Assembly (NCBI GenBank): GCA_964016885.1
Contig: OZ024741.1
Coordinates: forward strand, 369,024,001-369,088,000
Source: Eledone cirrhosa
Taxonomy: Eukaryota
Direction: 5' to 3'
Length of the DNA: 64,000 nt
The notes beneath the pieces were generated by a model. That model saw only the letters and a list, made by a program, of their open reading frames with translations. It did no database searches and had not been told where the DNA came from. The first letter of the stretch is position 1; the number at the start of each line of letters is the position of its first letter. Of this stretch, positions 1-13,037 are shown piece after piece. The translations under genes and the position numbers were made by a program.

Positions 1-590
1 GCTGTATTGAATGCAAGAATTTCTGGATTTGGTGCATTAATGCACCAGCTTCAGAACTTGGTCATCAGATGAGGGGAGGTAGGTTTAAAAGTCAAACTTG
101 CTTCAATTCAGTGTTTGTGCCTACCATTGTCTATGGTTGGGAATCATGGGTAATAACCAAAAGAATATGATCACAAACACAAGTGGCTGAAATGAAGTTC
201 CTCGAAAGGGGCTTTGAAGTAATATTACTCAATAAGATGTGTAGTTTGGAGATGAGCAAGTCACTCCAGGTAGAGCTGCTATTTCTCTACATTAAATAAC
301 CAAAACTCCAGTACTATGAAAATATGGTTAAAAAGAATCACAAGACAGATTTTAAGGGCAAAACCAACTTGTAGGAAACCCAGGAGTAGACCATGAGCAA
401 GATATTTGGATTATATCCATGAGCTCAGCTGGTATCACTTGGGGTTCCAACTGGATAATTTGGAGATGATTGCTTCTGATAGGATCTTCTGGAAGGTGAG
501 CCTGAGGACTCTGCACTTCCAACACACCCAGGAATAAGTGGATGATGAAGAAGAAGAAGAAGAAGAAGAAGAAGAACAACAACAACAACA
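1..590 (+). mobile_element. Degenerate RTE LINE 3' fragment (Expander/Rex3-like) with (GAA)n/(CAA)n tail
   Basis: Broken translation PTIVYGWESWVIT..QVAEMKFL, then a GRP-like C-terminus, 'ggaataagtgg' and a (GAA)n run at ~547-575; the same end occurs at 17120-17404. Confidence 0.7.
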
Positions 591-607
591 AGGGTGAGGA
601 TGTCATG

Positions 608-2210
608 CACTAGAAATGATTGAGGAAGGAAGGGGTGATGACATCACACACTGGGGATGATTGAGGAAGGAATGGGTGATAACGTCACACACTGGAGATG
701 ATTGAAGAAGGAAGGGGTGATGATGTCACACACTAGAGATGATTGAGGAAGGAATGGGTGATAACGTCACACACTAGAGATGATTGAGGAAGGAATGGGT
801 GATAACGTCACACACTAGAGATGATTGAGGAAGGAATGGGTGATAACGTCACACACTAGAGATGATTGAGGAAGGAATGGGTGATAACGTCACACACTAG
901 AGATGATTGAGGAAGGAATGGGTGATAACGTCACACACTAGAGATGATTGAGGAAGGAATGGGTGATAACGTCACACACTAGAGATGATTGAGGAAGGAA
1001 TGGGTGATAACGTCACACACTAGAGATGATTGAGGAAGGAATGGGTGATAACGTCACACACTAGAGATGATTGAGGAAGGAATGGGTGATAACGTCACAC
1101 ACTAGAGATGATTGAGGAAGGAATGGGTGATAACGTCACACACTAGAGATGATTGAGGAAGGAATGGGTGATAACGTCACACACTAGAGATGATTGAAGA
1201 AGGAAGGGGTGATAACGTCACACACTAGAGATGATTGAGGAAGGAATGGGTGATAACGTCACACACTAGAGATGATTGAGGAAGGAATGGGTGATAACGT
1301 CACACACTAGAGATGATTGAGGAAGGAATGGGTGATAACGTCACACACTAGAGATGATTGAAGAAGGAAGGGGTGATAACGTCACACACTAGAGATGATT
1401 GAGGAAGGAATGGGTGATAACGTCACACACTAGAGATGATTGAGGAAGGAAGGGGTGATAACGTCACACACTAGAGATGATTGAGGAAGGAATGGGTGAT
1501 AACGTCACACACTAGAGATGATTGAAGAAGGAAGGGGTGATGATGTCACACACTAGAGATGACTGAGGAAGGAAGGGGTGATGATGTCACACACCAGAGA
1601 TGACTGAGGAAGGAAGGGGTGATGATGTCACACACTAGAGATGATTGAGGAAGGAAGGGGTGATGATGTCACACACTAGAGATGACTGAGGAAGGAAGGG
1701 GTGATGATGTCACACACCAGAGATGACTGAGGAAGGAAGGGGTGATGATGTCACACACCAGAGATGACTGAGGAAGGAATGGGTGATAACGTCACACACT
1801 AGAGATGATTGAGGAAGGAAGGAGTGATAACGTCACACACTAGAGATGATTGAGGAAGGAAGGGGTGATGATGTCACACACTAGAGATGATTGAGGAAGG
1901 AAGGGGTGATGACGTCACACACTAGAGATGATTGAGGAAGGAAGGGGTGATGATGTCACACACCAGAGATGACTGAGGAAGGAAGGGGTGATGATGTCAC
2001 ACACTAGAGATGACTGAGGAAGGAACGGGTGATGACGTCACACACTGGAGATGACTGAGGAAGGAAGAGGTGATGATGGTGATGACGTCATAGACTAGAA
2101 ATGATTGAGGAAGGAAGGGGTGATGACGTCACACACTAGAGATGATTGAGGAAGGAAGGGGTGATGATGTCACACACTGGAGATGACTGAGGAAGGAAGG
2201 AGTGATGACA
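608..2210. repeat. 41-bp minisatellite, ~39 copies
   Basis: Unit gagatgattgaggaaggaatgggtgataacgtcacacacta; period 41 read directly (781->822). Confidence 0.97.
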
Positions 2211-2590
2211 AACTACAGAAAATAGCATCTAACATTCACTACACTTGTGTGTACAATCTACATACACACTCACACACACACACATGTACACATACACATC
2301 AGTGTGTTGAAAAAATTCTAGTACAAAAAAAAAAGAAAAAGTCTGATAAAAAAAACAGCTAGAACATATTTCAGAACAATAAACTCTACATTACTGAAAA
2401 TCTATCTTTAGCCTATCTCTGTAATATTTTTTGTTGTGGTGGTTAGCTTTCATCACCTCATCCCAAGTCTTCTAAGGTCTTCTTACTCCATAGCTTCCAT
2501 CAACTCTGAGTGCTCTTCACCTTATATAAACTTGCAGGTCTTCAATCTCCAAGTTAATCACATCAAGAAAACTTTCTCTTAGGTTATGGG

Positions 2591-2778
2591 TACTATATAA
2601 ACTTGTCTATAAGTCATATTGGTAGATAAGTCACATCTCAAATTTGCATACAACATTTACAACATAACATATATTTTGTACTGAGATTCTGTAGGCCCAG
2701 TAGATAAGTTGCAAGTTAGTTTTCCATGTCGAAATATTTTTGAAAAAACATGCAACTTATACACAAGTATATATGGCA
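2591..2778. mobile_element. Degenerate pogo/Tc1-mariner-type MITE
   Basis: Imperfect TIRs tactatataaacttgtctataagtc ... gcaacttatacacaagtatatatggca. Confidence 0.55.
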
Positions 2779-3129
2779 AATCCTTTTCCTCACTGAGTCA
2801 TAAAAAAGGCTATTGTAAAATGTTCTGCAAAAATAGTTTTCTAGGGAGGATTTAGTAAATCAGTAAATGACAGGTATGTATGTAACAAGTAGAACTATAA
2901 AAGATAGGTGCAACAACATAATCTACATATTTCCACGATAGCTATTATTCTAAAATAGTTTACATTCTTTTAGCGATATCAATATAGCTTCTTTTTGACC
3001 TAGAAAACAAATTAGTTCACTTTCACAGGTATAAAAATGGTAAATGCAGATTTACATGCAGATTTTAAAAAGAAATGAACATTAAAAAAAGGGGGAATTT
3101 TTTCTTGTGCTCATCCCAGTTTGATGTAG

Positions 3130-3320
3130 TATACAGGTCGTCAATCTATTGAAAGGTTAACCCCAGCTACTAGTAAATTACTATTAACCATTTCAGCTAA
3201 ATGGCCTGATACAATATGAAAACGAAGTGTCTTGCTCAAGGACTAAATGTACTGCCACGTCAAGTAATCAAACCACAACCTTACAGCTCTCAACCCTACA
3301 CCCTAAGGCCACACACATGA
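3130..3320 (-). mobile_element. Degenerate tRNA-derived SINE (head/body of the 6138 family)
   Basis: 'aagtgtcttgctcaagga' is the reverse complement of the SINE body at ~6220-6240. Confidence 0.55.
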
Positions 3321-3689
3321 GTATTAGGGATGTACGTAAAGTGGTTTCAACTGGGAATAGAAACTTAACCATGAATTTAGTTTCTTAAGTAATTATAAGT
3401 AACATGTGTATGTCTGTCAGTTGATACAACATTCACATCCCTTCTGCAGGTATTTTCAAGCACTTAATTCTAATCTCTTTCATTTATCTAACTGTGGTAG
3501 AAATGCATACCACACAAACTACAACAATACAAGCGTTTTAAGATAATTTTCCCCTCTGCTAAAATAGGGATTATCATTGCAGCCTCCATGACAGGTTTCA
3601 TACTCATCATGAGGTTATTTTTTGAGGTAATGTTCTACAGCTGAATGCCCTTCCTGGTACCAACCCTTTTTGTCATTGCTTCCAATTTG

Positions 3690-5350
3690 CAGGGAAATGG
3701 TGTGCCCATTCTAAGCTGTCATAGGCAATAGAATGACAACAATTATCTCAAACTAATCATCACAAGCAGAAGTATGTAAGGAATAAAAGGACCACTTCTA
3801 TGAGCAATTTTTACAGGCAACCTCCATTACAGGTGATAAAGACCTAACTGGCAACATCAGTGGACATGTTGGACAACACCAGGATGCATACATTGGAGTA
3901 CATGGTGAATATGGTTATGGCTCAAGAAATGAAAAGGGAGTGAAGCTCCTAAAATTCTGTAATGCAAATGAACTAACTATTCACAACACTAATTTCAATA
4001 AACTGGCCAGCCACCTGATTGCCTACCAATCAGGTGAACACACAAGCCAGATTGACTTTTTACTTGTTAAAAAAGATGACAGGCAGATGATTTTGAATGT
4101 TAAGTCCATGTCTGGAGAAGAATGTATCACACAACTTAAATTAGTTATACTTGTTATTATACTTGCGATGTAGGGATCAGAGATCTGAGGTGTTCTGCAT
4201 TGTTAAGCAATGATAACCAGATCATTGTTGGGAAAAAGTGTTTAGGAAATTACACTGGCACAACCCACCTGTCATCATGGATGTTCAAAAGAAGAAGGCC
4301 TGGAAATGCTATTATGAGAGGTTGATGAATGGGGAGAACGAGTGAGTGGAAGAGAGACTACCAGCTATCAAAATTGACAGTTATGGGTTTAAGGAAGCAG
4401 TGAAAGAGATGAAAAATGGTAAGGTTGCTGGCCATCAGAAAGAGTCACTGAGATGCTGAAATCTTCTGAGGAAATAAGAGTTAAACTAATCACCTGTATA
4501 ATCAATCAGGTAGTACAAGATGGAGTCAATGCCAATGACTGGTGTAGTAGAATACGCATCAATTGTTCCAAGGGAAAAGGTGATGTACTAGAAAGGATCA
4601 GCTACAGGAGCATAAAACTAATGGACCAGGTAATGAAAGTGATAGCAATAGTCTTGAGATTACAGGCACACTAACAGAAAAGGTAAACTTTGTATGTGAA
4701 AGATGCACAGGGATAGTTAGTAGTAACAACACAAGTAAAAGAAATATTTTCCAATCACAGGAAGGCTCCATACAAGTAGTTGATAGCTTCTGTTACCTAG
4801 GTGATAAAATTAGTGGGAGAAGAGGTTGCACTGAGATCATAATAACTAGAGTAAGAATAGGATGGAAAAAGTTCAGAGAGCAGCTAATTCTGTTGATAGC
4901 AAAAGGTTTCTCTCTAGGAGGACATGGGCAGTGAATGCAGAAGATAAGGCAAAGGCTGGAGAGAAATGAAGCAAGCATGCTTCAATGGATGTGCAATGTT
5001 AATATATGTGAACAGCTAAGTATAGATGAGCTGAAAGAGAGAGGCTGGATATAAGAAAGATTGATGCAATGTGCAGGAGAGAAGACTGCATTGGTATGGT
5101 CATGTGAGGCATGTGGATGATGAGCATTGAGTGAATAATTGCTAAGAATTTCCAGTGGAAGGGAGGTGTGGTAGAGGGAGACCAAGGAAGACCTGAGAGG
5201 AGGTTGTCAGAGCTGATCTCATATAACTAAATCTCACAGAAGAGATGACAAAGGACCAAAATGATTGGAGAGATGCTGTGTTGGAAAGAACCCATCCTAC
5301 CCATGCAAGTGGAGAAGTGGACATAAAACAGTGATGATGATGATGATTAT
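3690..5350 (+). mobile_element. Old, internally deleted RTE LINE (endonuclease + RT remnants) with (GAT)n tail
   Basis: GYGSRNEKG..LLKFC..NT.F..SQIDFLLV (AP endonuclease); CSKGKGD..YRSIKLMDQVMKV; RGRPRKT; multiple stops and frameshifts. Confidence 0.88.
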
Positions 5351-5374
5351 CATCATGGTAGGAATATATACTGA

Positions 5375-5640
5375 CTCCGATATTTGACTGGTACTTTATT
5401 TTATCAATCCAAAAGGATAAAAGGCAAAGTTAACTTCATCGAGATTTGAATTTAGAACTTAAGAGGTCATAGTTAAATACCACTAGATATTTTGTTCAAT
5501 GTTCTAATGATTCATCTATCAACTGCTTGTTATTGGATCAGTTTAAATCCTAGTGAGTCTAACTTTGCTTTTCATCCTTCCTGGATTGATAAAATAAGTA
5601 TTAGTGAAGTAAGTACTGGGTTCAATTGAAATGACTACAC
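5375..5640. mobile_element. Two degenerate copies of the second SINE family (minus, then plus)
   Basis: Family motifs 'ctggtactttattttatc..aaaggcaaagttaac' and 'aactttgcttttcatcc..gataaaataagta'. Confidence 0.6.
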
Positions 5641-6838
5641 TCCTCCCACCAAACAGGGTTAACTGAAATGACTACATCCACCACTCCCACCAAACTGGGT
5701 TCAATTGAAATGACTACACCCCTCCCACCAAACTGGGTTCAATTGAAATGACTACACCCCTCCCACCAAACTGGGTTCAATTGAAATGACTACAACCCTC
5801 CCACCAAACTGGGTACAATTGAAATGACTACAACCCTCCCACCAAACTGGGTTCAATTGAAATGACTACAACCCTCCCACCAAACTGGGTTCAATTGAAA
5901 TGACTACACCCCTCCCACCAAACTGGGTTCAATTGAAATGACTACAACCCTCCCACCAAACTGGGTTCAATTGAAATGACTACAACCCTCCCACCAAACT
6001 GGGTTCAATTGAAATGACTACACCCCTCCCACCAAACTGGGTTCAATTGAAATGACTACAACCCTCCCACCAAACTGGGTTCAATTGAAATGACTACAAC
6101 CCTCCCACCAAACTGGGTTCAATTGAAATGACTACATGGGGCACATGGCTTAGTGGTTAGAGCATTGGCCTTGCAATCGAAAGGTTGTGAGTTCAATTCT
6201 CAGACCGGGTGATGTGTTGTTTCCTTGAGCAAGACACTTTATTTCACATTGCTCCAGTTTACTCAGCTGTAGAAATAAGGTGATAGGGACTGGGGTCCCT
6301 ATCATTCCACTGCAAAGTGGTCGTGGAGGCGCCACGGCAAAAAAGCACCCAGCACTCACTCTAAATGAGGTTAGTGTTAGGAAGGGCATCCAGCTGTAGA
6401 ACTCAAGCCAGAATCAGTTCCCGTCCCACCCTTGCAAGCAGGGAAAGCGGACGTAAAATGATGATGATGATGATGATGACATCCCTCCCATCAAACTGGG
6501 TTCAATTGGAATAACTACACCCCTCCCACCAAACTGGGTTCAACTGAAATTACTACACACCTCCCACCAAAGAGGGTTCAATTGGAATGATTACAACCCT
6601 CCCACCAAACTACAGTGGGTTCAACTGAAATGACTGCAATCTTCCCACTAAACTGGGTCCAATTGGAATGACTACACCCTCCCACCAAACTGGGTTTAAC
6701 TGAAATGACTACACCCTCCCACCAAACTGGGTTCAACTGAAATGACTACACCCTCCCACAAAACTGGGTTCAACTGAAATGACTACACCCTCCCACCAAA
6801 CTGGGTTCAACTGAAATGACTACAATCTTCCCACTAAA
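5615..6838. repeat. 38-bp minisatellite interrupted by a SINE
   Basis: Unit aaactgggttcaattgaaatgactacacccctcccacc; period 38 (5701->5739->5777). Confidence 0.95.
6138..6478 (+). mobile_element. Full-length tRNA-derived SINE with RTE-derived 3' tail
   Basis: A box tggcttagtgg, B box gagttcaattc; 3' part near-identical to the LINE-A 3' UTR; (GAT)n tail; possible ACAT target duplication. Confidence 0.9.
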
Positions 6839-7285
6839 ATGCATTAATTTATAGCTAAAGAAGACATTCTTTAATCAACACAGTTGTGGCCATGATGAAA
6901 CCCCACTTCTAAATCAATATTATATTTTTTTATGCTGGAATATATAAAAAGAAAAACTTTTCAAGTGAGCGGTGTCAATTGGCTGAAGAAATAAGGTTTA
7001 AAATTTTAATAATAAAAATTATTCTAGCCAAAAATATTCACAATTTTTTTGTATATGTAAAAATCTGCCCACTGATCTACAGGTTTTCTTAGACTGTACT
7101 ATGCTGAAAAGGTCTGATAGATAGAAACATGCCCATAATTATCCCTTGCTTTCAAACAAGGCTTGGACTGTTCTTTTCATAAGCATTTAACTTAATCTTC
7201 ACTCTTCTATGAAAGTCATTAACAATTGTCACTAAATTTGTGTTTTATTTCTACAGCTATGGAGGAAATTTCAATGAATTATTTT

Positions 7286-8988
7286 TCACATGTGGCATTT
7301 GGATAACTTCCATGTGTAGCATTTGGATAACTTCTATGTGTAGTATTTGGATAACTTCCATGTGTAGTATTTGGATAACTTCCACTTGTGGCATTTGGAT
7401 AACTTCCTCATGTGACATTTGGATAACTTCCTCATGTGACATTTGGATAACTTCCTCATGTGACATTTGGATAACTTCCTCATGTGACATTTGGATAACT
7501 TCCTCATGTGACATTTGGATAACTTCCTCATGTGACATTTGGATAACTCCCACTTGTGGTATTTGGATAACTTCCTCATGTGACATTTGGATAACTTCCT
7601 CATGTGACATTTGGATAACTTCCTCATGTGACATTTGGATAACTCCCACTTGTGGCATTTGAATAACTTCCTCATGTGACATTTGGATAACTGCCACTTG
7701 TGGCATTTGAATAACTTCCTCATGTGACATTTGGATAACTTCTCCCGTGACATTTGGATAACTTCCTCATGTGACATTTGGATAACTTCCTCATGTGGAA
7801 TTTGGATAACTTCCTCATGTGACATTTGGATAACTTCCTCATGTGACATTTGGATAACTTCCTCATGTGACATTTGGATAACTTCCTCGTGTGACATTTG
7901 GATAACTTCCTCATGTGACATTTGGATAACTCCCACTTGTGGCATTTGAATAACTTCCTCATGTGACATTTGGATAACTGCCACTTGTGGCATTTGAATA
8001 ACTTCCTCATGTGACATTTGGATAACTTCCTCCCGTGACATTTGGATAACTTCCTCATGTGACATTTGGATAACTTCCTCATGTGGCATTTGGATAACTT
8101 CCTCATGTGACATTTGGATAACTTCCTCATGTGACATTTGGATAACTTCCTCATGTGACATTTGGATAACTTCCTCGTGTGACATTTGGATAACTTCCTC
8201 ATGTGACATTTGGATAACTTTCACTTGTGGTATTTGGATAACTTCCTCATGTGACATTTGGATAACTTCCTCATGTGACATTTGGATAACTTCCTCATGT
8301 GACATTTGGATAACTCCCACTTGTGGCATTTGAATAACTTCCTCATGTGACATTTGGATAACTGCCACTTGTGGCATTTGAATAACTTCCTCATGTGGCA
8401 TTTGGATAACTTCCTCATGTGACATTTGGATAACTTCCTCATGTGACATTTGGATAACTTCCTCCCGTGACATTTGGATAACTTCCACGTGTGGCATTTG
8501 GATAACTTCCACATGTGGCATTTGGATAACTTCCTTATGTGACATTTGGATAACTTCCACGTGTGGCATTTGGATAACTTCCTCATGTGACATTTGGATA
8601 ACTTCCACTTGTGGCATTTGGATAACTTCCTCATGTGACATTTGGATAACTTCCTCATGTGACATTTGGATAACTTCCTCATGTGACATTTGGATAACTT
8701 CCTCATGTGACATTTGGATAACTTCCTCGTGTGACATTTGGATAACTCCCACTTGTGGCATTTGAATAACTTCCTCATGTGACATTTGGATAACTTCCTC
8801 ATGTGACATTTGGATAACTTCCTCATGTGACATTTGGATAACTTCCTCATGTGACATTTGAATAACTTCCTCATGTGACATTTGGATAACTTCCTCATGT
8901 GACAATTGGATAACTTCCTCATGTGACATTTGGATAACTTCCTCGTGTGACATTTGGATAACTTCCACTTGTGGCATTTGGATAACTT
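7286..8988. repeat. 24-bp minisatellite, ~70 copies
   Basis: Unit catttggataacttcctcatgtga; gives (MSHEEVIQ)n, (KLSKCHMR)n and (CDIWITSS)n ORFs. Confidence 0.97.
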
Positions 8989-9312
8989 TATTATCCAAAT
9001 TCATACCATCGACCAATTTTCCTTAACTAATTGTATTTTTAACTAAAATATCTCATGTCTTTTACTTTGATAACTTCCAGTGTCAAGATTCTGTCAGGTG
9101 AGACACATGGATTCTTTCTGATTCTTGCTGCCAGTTGAAAGGTCTTTTTTTCTTTCTTTTCTAAAGCCATGTATTTCAAGCTGTTACATGATCAGTCACA
9201 GTTGTGGGGGAAAGTCATGTTGGTATACCTGCTAAAAGATCAATATGTCACAAACTATTAACATTATGACAAGATACGTGCATTTTGTCACAACTCTATC
9301 TGCAAACATGCA

Positions 9313-11168
9313 ATCATCATCATCATCATCATCATCATCACCGTTTTATGTCCGTTCCACGCTAGCATGGGTTAGACGGGTTGTCCCCTTGTGGGCAGTG
9401 CCCGGTCGGCTGACCAAGTCTTGCTCATACGGCAACTGATTCTGGCTTGATTTCTACAGCTGGATGCCCTTCCTAACACCAACCTCATTTACAGTGAGTG
9501 CTGGGTGCTTTTTCATGGCGCCTACACGTCCACTTTACAGTGTGGGCTGGGTGCTTTTTTGCCATGGCACCTCCACAACCACCTTGCGGTGGGGGGTGTG
9601 GGGGCATATTATCTATATGCTTCAGCTTGTACCCATGGGAGGTCGGGTACTCTGTATTACTGCGTGACGCCAGAAGTCACGGTCGTGTGTCATTACCTTT
9701 GAGAGGTGTAATTGGGTAAGGTCGGCTTTTATCACCTCATCCCAGGTCATTTTGGGTCTCCCCACTCCGCGGTTTCCATCAACTTCTAGTGCTCTGCACC
9801 TTTTTATGCAGCTGTCATCCTTCATACGCATCACATGTCCATACCAGCGCAACCGCCTCTCCTGCACACAGCATTTGATTCCTCTTATGCTCAGTCTCTC
9901 TCTCAATTCATTTATGCTTTGTCGTTCACGTATATTACTGTTACACATCCATCGGAGCATGCAGGCTTCGTTTCTCTCTAATCTACGTAAGTCTTCCACC
10001 TTCAGCGCCCAGGTCTCACTACCATGCAACATTACTGTTCGGATACACGCATCATACAGTCTGCCTTTCATTCTGAGGGAGAAGCCTTTTGCAGCTAGCA
10101 GTGGTAGTAGTTCCCTAAACTTCTTCCATCCCGTTCTTACCCTAGTTATTGTACTTTCTGAACACCCACCTCCGCTGCTAATTCGGTCACCTAGGTAGCA
10201 GAAGCTGTCTACTGTTTCTACAGAGCCCCCCCAGAGATTGGTGGTACTTGTTTCCTGTGGCGGTTTGCTGCTTGCTGTCTCAGCACAGCTGCTGTATGTG
10301 AAGCCTACATTCTTAATTAAGCTTCCTGAGATCCCGCTACATCCCTTGTGTACCCATTGTTTGCATTTGGAGCAGAGAATGGAGTTCCTACCTACACCTT
10401 TCCTACATACTGAGCAAGGCCATTTCCCTGAGGGGATCTGGGGTCTGTTTTCTCGTCTACTTACAAGGACCTTAGTCTTTGTCATGTTGACTTTGAGACC
10501 CTTTCTTTCTAGTCCCTGCTTCCAAGTTTGGAATTTATTCTCTAGTTCTACTATAGATTCAGCTATGAGTGCGAGGTCATCAGCATACAGGAGTTCCCAT
10601 GGGCATCCGGTCTTAAACTCCTCCGTTATTGCCTGCAGGACTATGATGAACAGGAGGGGGCTAAGAACAGAGCCCTGGTGGACCCCAACTTGTACGCTAA
10701 ATTCCTCGCTATACTCATTGCTAATCCTAACTTTGCTGACTGCTCCCCTATACATGGCTTGTACAGCTTTCACAAGCCATTCATCTACTCCTAGTTTTCT
10801 AAGAGCCCACCAGATTACAGCACGTGGAACTCTGTCAAAGGCTTTCTCAAGGTCGACAAATGCCAAGTAGAGTGGCTTACTTTTAGCTAGGTACTTTTCC
10901 TGTAATTGCCTCACAAGGAAGAGGGCATCAGTGGTGCCTCTTCCTGGTACAAACCCAAATTGCATCTCGTCTATTTTCACCCGGTCCCTAATCAACTGTG
11001 CTATAACTCTTTCTGTTACTTTCATGACCTGGTCCATCAACTTTATACCTCTATAGTTTCCTCTATCTAGTGCATCGCCTTTACCTTTGTAGCAGTTGAC
11101 AATGATGTTACTGTACCAATCTTTTGGTATGGCACCTTCTAGTATTACCTGGTTAACAATACGTGTGG
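9313..11168 (-). mobile_element. Young 5'-truncated RTE LINE, subfamily A
   Basis: Uninterrupted RT frame (QFGFVPGRGTTD, FVDLEKAFD, QGSVLSP, YADD, YLG, GRPK.TW), ~300-bp 3' UTR, (GAT)n tail. Confidence 0.96.
9622..11168 (-). CDS. RTE reverse transcriptase, C-terminal part (5'-truncated) with inserted PHD-like finger
   Basis: 472-aa ORF in the track; the frame stays open upstream of it (IPKDW..YKGKGD..NYRGIKL) to the truncation point. Confidence 0.85.
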
Positions 11169-12529
11169 TTATATGGAGAAATAGGTTATCACTGTAGACA
11201 GCTGGAAAACTAAATAATAACCAAGTATGTTAAGCACCATGTCAACTCTGATGAAACAGATCTACAACCAAAGGTGTTCCAGATATGACCATCTTAACTT
11301 TTATTTAAAGATAGTGCATTTAGTGCAATATTATCTAATATTAGCCCTGGCTTGACTGAATATTTAAGAAGTTTGTTTCACAATCAAGAAGTAATTTTTA
11401 CCATAGCTTTGAGTCAGGTAATTCTGTTGACAAACAACTCGAACACACATTATGAAAACTAATGGAAGCTTCATATACATTTTACTTCGACTATGTCCTT
11501 TCTTTTTTAAGACGATAGTGTATAGCTTGAGGGAAATTTAACTGTTATTTCTAGAAGGATGAGCAGCCATGTACAGATTACCACCCCACCACCCCCATTG
11601 GCTTCCATGTTTTATTGCCATGTATCATTGTCGATCTTGAATTATCCCAACAAAAACCAACAATTGAATGTTAGCAGGGAAAATGGACACTGGTTGATGA
11701 TGATGATGATGATGATATTGTATTACAAGGCACAAATACCTTCCAGCTTAATAATTTTAAAACTGAAATAAGTTACAATATAACATTACATTTCACACTA
11801 ATCAATGTGGATTAAGAAAAAATATAAAAAAAACTTAAGAAAGAAATCTGGTGACTAACTAGGAACTACTTTGTTCTTGTTAGTGTAGAAAGGTTTTTGC
11901 AGGTGAGAAATAATTGTTTCATGGCACAAACAAAAAGCTTTATAGCTTGTTTAGCAGTATGGCACACCTTCAATATTTAACCCCACAAGTTATTTATTCA
12001 GTAAGTTACTGAACAATTCACTGATTGGGTGGGCGGTACAGGAATTCAGATAAAAATGTTTACATAATGTCGTATAAATAACAGAGTATTGAATGTGTGT
12101 GTGTGTGTAACTGTATGTGTGTATGTGTAACTGCATGTGCCTATGTGTGTGTGTACTCATGATTGTGAGTGCATGTGCATGTGTGTCCATGGTTGTGAAT
12201 CTATGTGCGTGTGTGTTAGTGTATGTGTTTGTGTTAGTGTGTATGTTTGTATGAGTGCAAGTATGCATGGTTGTGTTTTTTATGTCTTTGTGTAGTTGGG
12301 GTGAATATATGATCAAATGTGTGCATACATCTCATGTCTTACTACATCTGTACATATGAGTATGTACAGATGTATGGTCCCATAACCCCTGACAGAGTTG
12401 TAGGGGCACTGTATTGACATACAGTGTTTCTTGGACAGAGTCCATCCCTCTCCAGGCCTGAGTACAGCAGATTTCTTAAAGAGAAAGACAGAAAGAGAGA
12501 GAGGAAATGAGAAAGAAATATAGAGGAAG

Positions 12530-12650
12530 AATCGAGTCCCAGTACTAGACTGGTACTTTTTTTATCGACCTCGAAAGGATGAAAGGCAAAGTTGACCTCG
12601 GCAGGATTTGAAAACAGAGAGTTGGAACAAATAATATAAAGCATTCTATT
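12530..12650 (-). mobile_element. Second-family SINE fragment
   Basis: ctggtactttttttatcgacctcgaaaggatgaaaggcaaagttgacctcggcaggatttgaa. Confidence 0.75.
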
Positions 12651-12813
12651 TTCTGCTCTATGAGTATGTTAGTATATATTTCTTTAAATGTTGAAGTGAA
12701 AGATAAAGACACAAAATAAAAAAAAGAAGGAATATGATAGGGAAAGATAAACAAATAAAATTCAATGCTAAAAGTTAAAAGATAACATCAATTTTTGCCA
12801 GTAAATGTAGATA

Positions 12814-13037
12814 TTAACCCTATATATAGTATTTCCATTATTCTGTTTACTATTGTATTTTCACAGTAAAGGCTTTACTCACGTAATTATCTGACATAAT
12901 ATCGAAGCTACGAGATTTTGATGATATTATTTTGAGAAGAATACCTTAAGTATGAGTGGTTGGTTACAGCCAGTTTGAACAGAAAGAGGTGAGAGAATTC
13001 TGACCAGATATAACTGGTTTAAATGCTAAAAGGTTAA
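12814..13037. mobile_element. piggyBac-like TTAA MITE, family P1
   Basis: TTAACCC...aaatgctaaaaggTTAA ends; internal sequence shared with six other copies. Confidence 0.8.

Noticed and set aside
6138-6215. tRNA gene
   Set aside because: A/B boxes run into a SINE body and LINE tail; no complete cloverleaf
9752-10870. Antisense ORFs over the LINE RT
   Set aside because: Typical shadow ORFs opposite a coding frame; no independent support
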